The notes under the pieces were generated by a model. It saw only the letters and a program-made list of their open reading frames with translations, ran no database searches and had not been told where the DNA came from. From NCBI GenBank assembly GCA_000388065.2, contig KB932204.1: 39,171 nucleotides of DNA. One strand, 5' to 3'. The stretch comes from Fonticula alba ATCC 38817 (Eukaryota > Protista > Nucleariida). This document shows positions 10,301-22,413 of the stretch, piece by piece. Numbering within the stretch: position 1 is the first letter of the stretch; every line of letters begins with the position of its first letter. The position numbers and the translations under genes are program-made.

Positions 10301-13300
10301 CCGGCAGGGCACGAAGGAAGGCCGGATGGAAAGCCAGCGGCGGGTCGGCGTCGGCGTCGGCCGCGGCGCCGGCCGCCCCAAGGCCAGATGCCACGCCGGA
10401 GGACAACAGCGGGAGGCCCTCGGCCGTGTTTTGCCCAAAGCTGGCCAGGCTCGGGTCATCGTGCAGAGCTGCCAGCGCGCGGAGGAGGGCCCGATCGCCG
10501 GTGGCCAAAATCGGCGACTCATCGGCCAATGGTGACAGGTGCACCGCAAGCGGCGTCACCCCGGGGGAAATCGGCTGCCCGGCGAGAGGACCACTGGCAC
10601 GAAGGCATCGGCCATGACGTGCCATCGAAGCCAGGGTCCCCCGCCAGAGGGAGTGCCCCAGGCCAGGAGGGAGGTGCGGCGACCGACCGGCAGCCGGGGG
10701 GGTGGGCTCATCGGGAGCCCCCGGGCCGGCTGGCACCGCGGTGGCCAGGCTCAGCAACAGATCCACCAGGCGGAGGAAGAGCCCGGCTGACTCGCGCGGG
10801 CCGTCTTCCACTCGGCGATCTTGCACCTGGGCCAGCAGTCCGGCCACCAAAGCCCCGGCGCGGTGCTGGTACTGACGAAGAAGGGTCTCCTGCAGGGGGG
10901 CATGGCCATCCAGCTGGGCAGTCTGGCCGGCTGACACATGGACAAAGATGCCAACCTGGAGGATGGCGCGATGGCGAGGGGTGGCCCCACGCGCGCGCGG
11001 GGCTCGCAAGTGCAACCGGAGCAGAGCCGTCAGAGCGCGTTCATTCAGCTGCTCCACTTCTGACAGGTGGTCCGGAAGGAGGACTCCAAGAAGGCTGGCC
11101 GGTGCGAGGGGGTCAGTGGAATGAAGAAAGGGCAGGGGTGGTTTTGGGGGGGGGGGGCGGGTGGCATTATTGCCATAACCGGTGCCAAGCAGTTGACCGG
11201 CTGTACGCACCCCCAGTCCATGCGGCTGAGAAGGTCGACCGCCTCGCTGATCACAAGCCAGTAGGTGCCCTGATCGGAGGAGGCATCCAACACCCAAATG
11301 GCCGAGGCGAGCAAATGGAGCAGCAGGCTCAGGAGCACCCGATGAATGGTGTCCGGCGGGGAAGAAACGGTCGAGGTAGGCCCGAGGACGGCCAGAGTCC
11401 GGAGAATGGCACGCGTGGCCCGGCCACAGGCAGCCAACACCAAGCGCTGACAGACCGGGTCCGCCAAGGATTCGGCCAAGTTCCCGGCGCCGATTGGGCC
11501 GGGGTCGAGCCACGCCGGCAGTGTCCCGGCCCCAGAGAAGCCGGCATTGGCAAGACCGCGTGCGGCCGTCGATAGGAAGACTCCGACCGGCTCGATCCAG
11601 GCCGGGAGAGCGGCAATGCCGGTGCTCCCGGCGGCGGTGTACCGCTCGGACAGGACGGCCAACTGGCCGGTCAGGGCGGCGCCGTACACCGTGCACAGGC
11701 GCCCCACCAGCAGGGGATCACCGACTCCCAGCATCGGCCGAAGGAGTGCCAGGGGAGGGGCTCCGTCCGGGGCTCCGCCCAGGGTGTCTGTGGGCCACCG
11801 TGCCGCGAGGGTCGCCAGGCATTGGAGAGCTCGCACACGAGCCGGCACCGGGAGTCGAGGGAACCGAACCACCGGACGATCGACACCCACGGAGATGAAG
11901 GTCCCTGGTGCATCGGCCCCGGCCAATTGTGCCAAGCGTCGAGCCAGGAGCCCCGGGCCGAGGGGAGCCCCCTGCCAGGCGGTCAGAGCCGTGCGGGCTG
12001 GCGCTCCGGCGGGATCCAGCACCGCCAGCAGGGACAAGATTGTGAGCAGGAGATCCAGAGCCGCGGAGGCCAGGCGCAAATCCATCAACAGGCCTTGCGC
12101 CAGGCGCAAGAGGGCCGCCAGGCGTCGTGGCCATTGGCATTCGGTCGGATCGGCACCGGCCTGGACGCCGACCAGGCGGAGCCAAGTGAGGATTTGCCCA
12201 TCATCCGAAGGGGGAGAAGCCCCGAGGGCCAGAGCATCGGCCGAGGCACCACACTCGAGGGCGGCCACGATTGAAGCCGCTCCGATGTCGACAACGGCGC
12301 GCACCGCGCGCAAGTGCGAGCTAATCACGGCCACGCTGGCACTGGAGGCGGTGGAAGCCGCCGAGTCGGCGGGGCTATCTGGCGGACTGCTCGGGCTGGC
12401 GGCCAGCAGGTCCAAGCAGCCAATAGTCAGGCGATCGGCTGATCCATCATCCGGATGGAGAGCCCGAGTCACATACTCGGGCAGGGGATCCTTCTCGGCA
12501 GCCGGGGAGTCAGGCAACAGCACGCCAAGGATATGCCCATCCAGCATTGGCAGGCAGGACTCCAGGAGGATGTCAACCAGGCGCCCGGTAGAGCAAGCGA
12601 CCGGGGACCATCCGCCGCAGGTCGGCATCTGGGGGTGATCTTCCGGCAGGAAGGATGCCGCCAAGGCAAAGGCCGCCAACGAATCGACGGCCGTGCGCAA
12701 GACCGCCGGATTGGCTGACGACAGGAAAAGCGACTGGGTGAGGGCACTCAGGAGTGGCATGCAGGAGACCGGTTGCGCGCTGGCCGCGAGCTGGGTGGCA
12801 ACCTCCTCCTCGGGCTCGGAGCCGGCGCTGGCTGCCGGGCGAAGGGCAAAGCGCGTAGGGCAGGGGATCATCGAGAAGTAGCCACGGAAGAAGGCAAAGA
12901 TGCTTGGTCCGGCCGAGCCGAGGGTCTCCTGAGGAGAGTGGGAGAGCAACCGGGGCAGGGAGCGGGGAGGGGGGGGGGGTGATCAGATGATGGGATGACA
13001 GACAAGGGGAGGAGATGCTCCATTGCAGGGGGGGGGAATGGAGTGCTGAATCCCGGGAGATGAAGAACGAGGAGAAGGAGGAGGAGGGGAAGGAGAAGGA
13101 GAAGAGGGAGCGCACTTGGAGAGCTGTGTCCGAGGTGAGGGAGAAGAAGCGAATCAGCTGCGGGGTAATCATGGAGGCCGTTCGGAAGGTAAGGCTGGGC
13201 GGAGGGCGTGGACGATTCGGCGCCGGGGGGCGAGGATTGATGGGGGAGTGCTCCAGCAGGAAGTTTGACGCGTCGGAGAGGCTGGTAATCGGCATCGGGT

Positions 13301-14271
13301 CGATGGTCCAAAGGATGGAGGACAGCAGGCTGAGGATGGCACGGGCCATGCGAGAGGGGGAAGTCCGCTGGCGTGCGTGTGTGGGATTTCATGTAAGAGG
13401 GGGGCCGGAGGAGACCCCAAATGCCAAGGAGGCCGGCGTGCCGAGCATGCAGGGCCAATCTCAGGCCAATGGAAACGCACGCGGAATTCCTTGATCAGGG
13501 TGGTCAAGAAGGAAACCGTATATGTCTGGGAGAGGCGACGCCCAAGGATGGAGAGACATTGGGTGGCGGCCAGCCGGACAGAGATGTCCTCTGAGCGATG
13601 AGCACGAAGTAGGCATGACACCGCCAGGTCGAGGGATTCCATGAGTAGCGCCCGATCGGATTCCCGAGGCTTGGGGGGGTTACCGGCCGAGGTGGGGAAG
13701 CCGTCGGCCCCGGCAATCGACCCGGGTGCAGGACCAGTAGTTCCAGGACCGGAGCTTTTGAATTGGTGCGAAGAGAAGGGCAAAAAGTGTAGCCAGAGAA
13801 TGGAGGGACAGATGCAAAAGGCCAGGAAGATTAGCGAAGAGGGCGGGAAGGCGGGCGAAATGGACACATCCGAGGGAAGATCCCCGATCGGAAGACGCAC
13901 TCGAGGTAGTCCGTCAGGAGGATGACCACGCCACGGCAGAGTTGAATGAGCATCATCGAGTTGGAGGGCCGGGAACCGGCATCAGCGTTCGACCCAGCGC
14001 CCGGGGTGCCATTCAGGTCGGTGGTGGTGGCCACTGCGGCCAGGAAGGCCGTCGAATGGCTGGTATCGCCGGCGGCCCGGCGCGAGGCGAAATAACCAAC
14101 CACCTCCAGGAGGTTCTGCTCCAAATGGGCCTGCTCCGCAATGCCGGACGATGTCAGGGCAAAGTGGAGCTGGCGCATTTTCGATGCCAACGAGGCAAAT
14201 GGGGCCGAGTGGTCATCGGCCGGGCGCGTCAGAGAGCCAGACCGCCCGGGATTTGTGCGAGGAGCCGCCAT
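1029..14271 (-). CDS. HTT: Huntingtin-like giant HEAT-repeat protein, ~4,226 aa; exons 14271-13901, 13754-13481, 13367-13116, 12928-11211, 11094-1029
   Basis: Four GTGCG...AG introns join the ORF segments in consistent phase (12,681 nt, divisible by 3). Several segments match recalled human HTT in the correct order. LLMESLDLAVSCLLRAHRSEDISVRLAATQCLSILGRRLSQTYTVSFLTTLIKEFR resembles [67 protein letters not shown] resembles QETLAAAVPKIMASF, SSANPAVLRTAVDSL resembles SSSPTIRRTAAGSA, and the C-terminal LSAMEKVLVLLKHLPTLPVPAREHLAAALPYLL resembles [33 protein letters not shown]. Further small introns inside the 10-kb last exon cannot be excluded. Confidence 0.82.
7328..7357 (+). repeat. (CAG)10 microsatellite on + strand, read as GCT (poly-Ala) in the HTT-like CDS
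   Basis: Ten perfect CAG units counted; the - strand frame translates GPAAAAAAAAAADAPG. Confidence 0.97.
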
Positions 14272-14530
14272 CTCGGAAGGGAGTGCACCCGGATCGGCGG
14301 CGAACTGGCTCGCGTGCTGGCGTGAAGGGTACGAAGGGGGGCAGAGAGGGGGGCAATGGAGGGAGGAGAAGCAAGAGGGAGGGAGAGAGGGGGGGGGGGG
14401 TCGAGGGAGGGCCGGAGAAGGGACTGAGAGAGGGCGACGAGAGAAGGAGGAAAGGTGCAGGGGCTTGAATCCGACACCCCACCCGTGGAGCGCCCCGAGG
14501 AAACCGGGCCCCCTTGAAGACCTGCCCCCC

Positions 14531-14790
14531 NNNNNNNNNNNNNNNNNNNNNNNNNNNNNNNNNNNNNNNNNNNNNNNNNNNNNNNNNNNNNNNNNNNNNN
14601 NNNNNNNNNNNNNNNNNNNNNNNNNNNNNNNNNNNNNNNNNNNNNNNNNNNNNNNNNNNNNNNNNNNNNNNNNNNNNNNNNNNNNNNNNNNNNNNNNNNN
14701 NNNNNNNNNNNNNNNNNNNNNNNNNNNNNNNNNNNNNNNNNNNNNNNNNNNNNNNNNNNNNNNNNNNNNNNNNNNNNNNNNNNNNNNNNN
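14531..14790. other. Assembly gap (N run) flanked by poly-C on both sides
   Basis: N run seen directly, just upstream of the HTT-like start codon. Confidence 0.99.
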
Positions 14791-15805
14791 CCCCCCCCCC
14801 CCCCCCCCCCCGTGTCTGGCCCCTGCCTGTTTTCCCGGGGCGCAGCCCAAACAACTGCCTTCGCCTGCGAGCTCCGTCCCAGTGCTGGGCGGGCGTCGAG
14901 AGGGCGATCCGCTGGCATCTTCCCTCCTGACAATCGCACACCCAATCGATGGCATCTAGTGGTTGAGAGGGGGCATGCCAGTGTCAAATGGGCGCGGGTG
15001 CCGCCGGATTGAGCGAGGCAAGCGGGGTGCACACGGCCGCACGAGGGTGGGGCCGAAGAAGAAGAAGAAGAAAAACAAAAACATCCCGCCCACACCAGGC
15101 CACACGAAAGGGGCGGAGGAGAAGGAGGGAGAGAGAGAGGGGGGGGAGGTTTGTAGATTTTATTGGTTTTCAGGTTGGGTCCAAAGCCGAGAGAGGGGGA
15201 TGAGCGGAGGGGGGGTGGTGTGCGCGATACACTTGAAAGCGGATGGCTCTATCTCGTTCCCCGGACAGGGAGATGATCGCGGAAAGGGCAGGAGGAACGA
15301 CGGGCAACGGGTACATCATCTTTCAAGGGGAGGGGGAAGGGAGAGAGAGAGAGAGAGAAGACGGGTCTCAAGGGCTAACCCAAGGACAGGGATATTCTCA
15401 TGCAAAGGGAGGGGAGAGAGAGGGGGGGGGGGAAGGGGAAAACAGGATATCCTCCCAAGCGGATACTCCAGGCGCTGGGCGGGTATAGGACGACACATGT
15501 GCAATCCCCACTTCTACAAGGGGTCCCTCTCGCCTGGAGACCCTCGTCCGCATGGACACCTTTCTCCCTGACTCTGCCCCCCGCCGCAGCTGCCCCCCCC
15601 CCCCTCCATCGGTCTCTCCCAAGGGCCAGTCATCTTGGACGAAGCGCGGGAAAAATGACCAGGCACGAGGAGGAGGAGGAGGAGGGGGCAGGGAGAGGAG
15701 AGGAGGACATTGCATGCGCGCCGACAAGCATACGCACATACACATGCATACTCACAGGAAGAAGAGACAGGGAAGGGGCCGTGGTGCTGGCAATGCATAT
15801 GGCCA

Positions 15806-17806
15806 TCAATGCAGGGGGTTGAACATGACCGAGCGGATGACGGCCTCGAGCTCCTCCTCGCCAGCGGCGCAGGCCTCGATGACCTTCTGGTTGGTGGCAT
15901 GGCCACCCTCGACCAGATGCCGGACGACGGCCATGGCGATGCGGACACTGAGGTTCTGAATGTCACGCAGCGGGGGGAAGAGGCTGCCGCGCTCCAGGCG
16001 AGCGGTGTCCTTGACACTGATGTCGGCCAGGACCTCGGCAGCGAGGAGGAAGACCGAATCCGGAACGTGGTTGGCCTCGCAGGTGATGATGCCGAGAGCC
16101 ACACCGGGGAAGATGTAGGAGTTGTTGCACTGGCCGGGCAGGCGAATGTCGCCAGGGGCCACCTCCACCGGGAGGAAGGGGCTGCCCGAGGCGAAGATGG
16201 CGCGGTTCTGCGACCAGGCGTACGCCTGGGAGGCGGTGCACTCGGAGTTGGCGGTCGGGTTGCTGAGGGAGAAGATGATCGGGCGCTCATGAGCGGCAGA
16301 CACACTGCGAATGATGTTCTCGGTGAAGACACCACCGGTGCCGGACACGCCAATCAGAACCGAAGGCTTGATGGTGTCCACAATCTCCTGGAGGTTGTCC
16401 ATGAAGGGGATGTCCTGGGCCAGGGCGGCCTTGTTGGGGGCCATGGTCTCGTTGGCCAGGCGGCTGCGAGACACCAGACCACTGGAGTCCACGAGGAAGA
16501 TGCGACGGCGGGCATCATCGGCAGTCATGCCGGCATGGACCATGGACTCGACCAGGAGCTCGGCAATGCCGGTGGCCGCAGTGCCAGCACCCACGAAGAG
16601 GAAGGTCTGCTCGCCGAGGGACCGGGGCCCGGTGAACTGAGAGGCGGAGGCCGCACCGGCGCCCATCTGCGAGGCGATCAACAGACCGGCCACGGCAATG
16701 GAGGCAGTGCCCTGGATGTCGTCATTGAAGCAGGTGATCTGGCTCTGGTACTTGTCCAGCAGGCGGAAGGCATTGGCATTGCCGAAGTCCTCGAACTGGA
16801 CGAGCACACGCGGACCCCACCGGCGGCGAGCGGCCTGGATGAAACGGTCAACCAGCTGCTCGTAGGCATCGCCGGTGACACGGTGCTTCTTGAGGCCGAT
16901 GTAGAAGGGATCGGCCAGGAGCCGGGAGTTGTTGGTACCGGCGTCGAGGGTGACCGGGAGGAGGAACTTCGGGGGGATCCCGGCGCAAGCCGAGTAGAGG
17001 CTGCTCTTGCCGACGGGAATGCCCATGCCATTGGCACCGAGATCGCCAAGGCCGAGAATGCGCTCGCCATCGGTGACGACAATGGCGCGGACATCATCCT
17101 CCGGCCAGTTGTCGACCATGGCGTCGATGCGGTCCAGCTGGTCGACATTCAGGTAGAGACCCTGCGGGCGCATGAACATCGAAGACCAGTTCATGCAGGC
17201 ACTGCCGACGGTCGGGGTGTAAACCACAGGCAGGAGGGCCTCCAGGTCGTCAGTGAGGACGGCATAGAAGAGGCGCTCATCGACGGAGGCCAGGTTCATG
17301 AGGAACTCATAGCGCTCCAGGTCGCTGCCCTTGGAGGCGAGCTGCGCATGGACACGGCGAAGCTGGAGCTCGCGCGACTCCTCGGCCGCCGGGAGGAGGC
17401 CCTCGATGGAGAACTCGGCGCGCTGCTGCTGCGAGAAGGCAGTCCCCTTGTTGAGCCGAGGGTCGGCAAGGACGGAGGCGCCCTTCATGGAGGTGGAAAT
17501 AAAGCGCGGCATGTCGGAGTGCTGGGGCTGGGCCTGGAGATTGGGAGCGGCAGTGGAAATGGAACGCTATGGAGCGGGGGGGGGGAGAGGGAGAGAGCGC
17601 CACCGAGAGAGAGAGGAGAGAGAGGGGGGGGGGAAAGAGGGAGGTCGATGGAGGAGGGAGGGTAAGTTGACCACGGACGATGAAGAGGGGGAGGGAAGAG
17701 GAGGAATGCGGGTGGATACCAGCAGAAAGAAAAGGAGGATGGGGACCCCAGCCAGGAGGAGGATGGATGGAGTCGACCGGACGACCACCAGTCGAGAGAG
17801 GGACAT
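15806..17806 (-). CDS. ME: Malic enzyme (NAD(P)-dependent malate dehydrogenase, decarboxylating), ~615 aa; exons 17806-17720 and 17566-15806
   Basis: Family motifs DPRLNKGTAF, LLPVVYTPTVG, VVTDGERILGLGDLGANGMGIPVGK, VQFEDF, FNDDIQGTA, FVGAGTAATGIA, IFSLSNPT, GQCNNSYIFPG. The catalytic exon is certain. The upstream 29-codon exon (ATG 17806, phase-0 intron 17719-17567, GTATCC...CATAG) is inferred with lower confidence. Confidence 0.96.
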
Positions 17807-19808
17807 GGTATCTCGGGAAGCGGGAGGGGGCGCAGAGGGGAGGGCAAGGAGGAGGGAGGGGCGAAGCTAGGGGAAGAAACATACGGTGACATGGGAGCCG
17901 GCGACGCGGAGGAGACGCCCGGTTGAGGCGGAAGAAAAGAGGGTGCGGCCGGCGCGGGTGAGGAACATGGTCGCGGGGAAAGGGGGAGAAGAAGTCGGAA
18001 AAGGGAAGAGGGGGAGGGAGGGAGATGGAGGGCAAAGCCCGAGCGGGAGGCTGTGGCGCGCGGAGGATAGGAGAATCCCCTGTTGGTGGTTGGTGCCGAC
18101 AACGGGGATACCCGAGGGGAGCTTGAGGTGGGGGGCCGAAAAACGTGAAGGTGGGGGGGGGGGGAACTTGGCGAGCGGTCCGAGAGCGCATGGCTCCCAC
18201 GCAGGACCCCAGGCAGAGGAAGGACACACACACACACACACACGCAAATGAAGAGGGAAGAGAGAGGGCAAGAGAAACAAAAGAACACAACGTGGGGACA
18301 GACAACCAGAACACCACACAAGGGGTTGGCCTACGGCTCCTGCTCCGGTGGAGAGCGAGCGGCAACTGGCAGGCTGGTCGAGCACGGCAGAAACGGCCGC
18401 CTGGACTGCGGGGGATGGAATTTTTTCTTCGGCACCAGAAACACGGGCCATGGATTATTCCCCCCCCCCCCCCCCCCCCCCCCCCCCGGGCGTGGTGCCT
18501 ATACCACCTTCGCGCCCCTTCCATCGCACCCGCCCGGGAGGGAGGACTGTGACCGCCGAACGACCGCCGCATGGACACAGCAAAGGGAATAATACTGGAA
18601 TGCGAAAGGGTGGGGGGCCGGGGGATTCTCGAAGAGGAGCACCGCTTCTCACGGCGAGCGCCTCGACCACGGGGGGGGGCAAGCCCCCCAGGGTGGGGGG
18701 CGAATTGCCGAGAAGGGGGCCAACGGAAGGGACCAGATGATCGTGCTCCGGGCGCTCGCCTGCCAACGAGCGGGGCCACCCCGAGTCATGGGAAGCAAGG
18801 AAAGGCAACAGCGACAGAACTAGGAAGGGAAAGACGAGGGAGCACCGGCCGGAAATCCACCACACGTCCAGGGCCGTCGGGGGATGGAAAAAGCCCGGAA
18901 GACGGGGCACCCCTACACGTGTGAGGAAGTACACCGGGCTCCACACCGAGCGATCAGGTGGTGCAGGCAAAAATACCCAATTGACCGGGCACACTTGATG
19001 GGGCCAGGGGACGGGAGAAGCAAAGGGGCAGAGAGAGAGAGAGACAAAGAGAGAGCCCCGTGCGCTTGACGGGGCGGGCGGAAGGCCCGCATACGCACAC
19101 CACCATGACGCGGACTAGCCCCTTTGTGTACGCACATACGCCTGAAGTGAGAGAGGCGCGGGGAGACCAAGTACCTCCCCCCCCCCCTGGCCGTTGGTGA
19201 CCAGGGTTACCCCACACCGGGGATGGGGGCGGGGCCGGGGCCGTCTGTTGGAGGAAACGCCAGAGCAAGGGGGCAAAAAAAGCTCGGCGCCCCAAGACTC
19301 AGCATGCCCGCGGCGATAACCCAGGCCGGTGGGCGAACATGAAAGCGCTCACGCCAGCCCTAGACTGGAAAACCCTCAAAAGAGGGGGACAGGCAGAGCG
19401 AAAGTGGTTTCTCGCCGCCCCCCCCCCCCCCCCCCACCCCCCCCCCCCCCCCCCTCACATGGGACCAGAGAGACGGGGTGTTGCAACCGATCATGGCGTT
19501 GGCGCATGACAGAAAGAAAGCCCAAGCGCCGGGCGAGGGACAAGAGTGACCAGGGGGAGGGGGGGGGAGAACAAGACGGGGAACAAATTCCGGCGCCTGA
19601 GAGGCCGCCGCGAAAAGCAAAGGAGAGTGGGGCACGCGGCGCCCCGTGGAGAAGGGACTGGCACCAACGGACAGACCACAAGGAAAACACCCTCATTCCC
19701 TGGAGCGCACAGGGATGGTCATGTGGCCCATCGCATCATCGTACATGTGATTGGCGTGAATGTGGGGCTGCCCACGCTCTTTGCGCACCCCGCCATGGCG
19801 CAAAATAT

Positions 19809-19830
19809 GCGCGCGCGCGCGCGCGCGCGC
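19809..19830. repeat. (GC)11 alternating dinucleotide tract
   Basis: Perfect self-complementary GC alternation seen directly. Confidence 0.95.
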
Positions 19831-20018
19831 CTGTCAGGCGAGCCTCGGCGCGCGGGTCGGGGCTGCTGACCAAGCCACCGGCCCGCCAAGGGGGGGGGGG
19901 GGGGGAACGGCACAGGAAAAAAGGGCACCCAAGCTCCCTCCAAGAAGGAGGCGGGCGCCGAGGGGGAGAGGGACAAGGAACACTCGGTGACACAAGGGGC
20001 CGAGACACACTCGGGAAC

Positions 20019-20021
<3 letters not shown>

Positions 20022-20058
<37 letters not shown>
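20022..20058. repeat. (AG)n microsatellite
   Basis: Perfect AG run of about 37 nt; shorter AG/GA runs recur in introns and intergenic DNA. Confidence 0.95.
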
Positions 20059-20065
<7 letters not shown>

Positions 20066-22095
20066 CCACGCGCTCCGCTGGGGATACAGAACGCATGAGT
20101 CGCCCCCCGCTGGGCATGCTTACGCGATGCACTTCGTTTGGGCACCATTTCCAAGGGAGAAAAATGGGGAAGGGCGGAGGGACCACACCAGTCTCAAGGC
20201 AGTGCGCTACCCCCAACCGCGACTGGTGGAATAATTCGAGGGAGCCTAGCCCAAAATGGAGGGAGACCAGCGGCACTCGAGATCCGGGTGCTGTCGGAAA
20301 GGAATTGGACACATACTCCTGAAGGGGGAAAGGGCGGGGGGGGGGGGGGGCGGGGCACTGAACAAAAGCGACGAGACGCCGCCCGAGAGATGGACATCGG
20401 TGGCGGCACATGGCCAGAGGGATGTGCGAGCCAGTATACCCAGCGGAAGCATCGGCCCTCTTTCGGAAAGGGGAGAGGGGGCCGCACAGCCGCAGCGAGG
20501 CGCAGGAGAAGAGGAGGAAGAGTAGGAGAAGGACCAAGAGAGGAAGAGGGGGAGGGAGAGGGAGGGAGGAAGACGCACCTACTCCGGGCGGAGAGTTGCA
20601 TCGAGTGGAGATCCGGACGGTCGGGACAACGAGCAGGTCAGAGGGCATGTGGGCATCGATGTTGACGTAAGAAGGGAGGAGAGGGAAACGCGCGGAGGGA
20701 GGGATCGAGCGTCGAGGCGAGGTGAATGGCGAGAGTGGCCAGTCCCAGAGGCAGGCCGGCAAACAAGCGGCCAGGCAGGCCGGCAAGTGGCGAGAGGGAC
20801 CGACAAGCGGAAGAGCATATGGCAAGACAGGAGGCAGGGGAGGCTCTTGTGACACGCGGCCGCAGGTCGCAGATTGCACACACCAGTGCAATACACGAGA
20901 CAGGCAAGCCGTACCGAAAGAGAGGAGGCAAAATGCAAGGGAGAGAGAGGCTCAGGAGGGGAGAGATGACGAGGTGGCAGGGGCGAGGGGGCCGCTCGGG
21001 CGCTTTTATAGGGGTGAATATCCGCTCGGCCCGTGCCCGCTCGAGGCGAGGAGGCTGATTCCCTCCTCGCCCCGCCCCCCTCAGAATGCAAGGATCCCCG
21101 AAGGATCCCCCTTTTCCAGGGCCCACACTGTCGCCACGCCCCCGAAGACCTACCGAGGGGCGAATATCAGCTCAGGCCCCGGGGGAGGGGAAAGTCCCTC
21201 CAAGAGCAAGCTGCGTCATGGTGAGCAGAGGGCAGCAGGGCGAAGGGAGATCGGGCTCCCCGTGAAAAAAAAAAAAAGAAAAAAAAAAGGACGCCTACTC
21301 CTTGCCCCGCCCCCAAGACGATCGGCCATCCACCTCGGCTCGCCGGGATAACGGCCAGCACGCCCAGATCTTTGGGGGTGGCCGGGTGCCCGTGTCGCTG
21401 TGCACATCAGGCCACAACTGGAAGGGTCGTCTGGTGGGGCGATCGACCACCGGGACCGGGGGGCGCGGCCTTGGGCGCTCCGAGAAGCGGGAGTTCGTCG
21501 CCTGCACCGTCGTTGTCGGGGGGGAGGGGGGGGGGGGGCGAGGGGTCGAACCGAACAGGGGAAACGAGGGGCAAGGTGAAGTCCGATGAAAAGTAAATAT
21601 TGTCGTCGAGAATACGGCAGAGCTTTCGGTCCTTCGGGTAAATTACCCGCGCCAACGGGAGGTGGGGTTACAGGGGACGAGGGGAGCCGGGCGCGGGGAG
21701 AAGGAAGCCCGTGGCTTGGCGGCGGCGGACGAAGTGCGAGGGCACCGCAAGTGATGCCGGAAGACGGTCCGCCCCAGGGCTATCACAAGGCCGGTCAAGT
21801 AGCCGATCGGAGCGTGGCCGTCGGCCGCCGTGGGGGCCACCCTGGGGATGGGCAGGGGGGAGGGGCGATACTTCAGGACCCCCGCCGCCTTGACCTCCGG
21901 AAAAGACCAAAGCCACTCGGTCTTCGTCGGAGGTGAAGACGATCCCCACCCCGCCAAGATGACCCAGAAACGGCCCCGCCATTGGGAGTTGAGTCTTGTG
22001 ATTTGTGGGCGTGTGATGCATCGTCACCCGGGCTTCGGCACCCTTCTGGATATCAAGATCGCCAACTCATCTTCGGGCCTCGGGGCGTGTGGGCC

Positions 22096-22177
22096 GGGCC
22101 GGGCCCAAGCACGGGGAGCGGCCAGCCCCGGNNNNNNNNNNGGGCCGGGCCCAAGCACGGGGAGCGGCCAGCCCCGG
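22096..22177. other. 36-nt direct duplication around a 10-N gap; probable unmerged contig overlap
   Basis: GGGCCGGGCCCAAGCACGGGGAGCGGCCAGCCCCGG occurs at 22096-22131 and 22142-22177, on either side of N10. Confidence 0.85.
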
Positions 22178-22413
22178 TCGTCGACAGATGGCGGGGGGGG
22201 GGGACCACATCGGGCTCATTTTCAGCCCCCAGCCCTGGTCTTCCCCGGGGCCCGGCGCCCGGGCCATGAACTCCTCCTCCCCTCTTCCCCACCTCGACCC
22301 CACGCCGACACTCCGTGCCCTCTCCCCCGCCTCTTTCTTCTTCAACTTGCCTCCTTCGCTCTCTTGCACGAAGTTTTGGACCCCCTCTTCGCTCTTTCCC
22401 CTCTTCCGCCGCC

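Noticed and set aside
1029-11696. 3,555-aa ORF taken as the complete gene from 11696
   Set aside because: Its first ~200 codons are out of frame with the HTT-like exon 4 and run through an intron; the true frame enters at 11094.
1045-12750. Dozens of 100-440 aa Arg/Pro/Gly-rich ORFs overlapping the HTT-like gene
   Set aside because: They are alternative-frame or antisense products of stop-poor GC-rich DNA.
15710-17665. 651-aa ORF on + strand overlapping malic enzyme
   Set aside because: It is the antisense shadow of a high-GC3 gene and shows no family motifs.
21180-21210. GGGGAAAGTCCC resembling the RNase MRP P4 5' strand
   Set aside because: No matching 3' GGGGCTYA partner was found at a suitable distance.
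21535-21560. GGTTCGACCC on - strand resembling a tRNA T-loop
   Set aside because: The flanking bases do not form a T stem and no cloverleaf can be built.
21687-21697. GCCGGGCGCGG resembling the 5' end of 7SL/Alu RNA
   Set aside because: Similarity stops after 11 nt and no SRP helix-8 motif was recognised.
22096-22177. Direct repeat as a mobile-element end or CRISPR-like unit
   Set aside because: It has only two copies, exactly flanking an N gap, which is typical of a scaffold overlap artifact.
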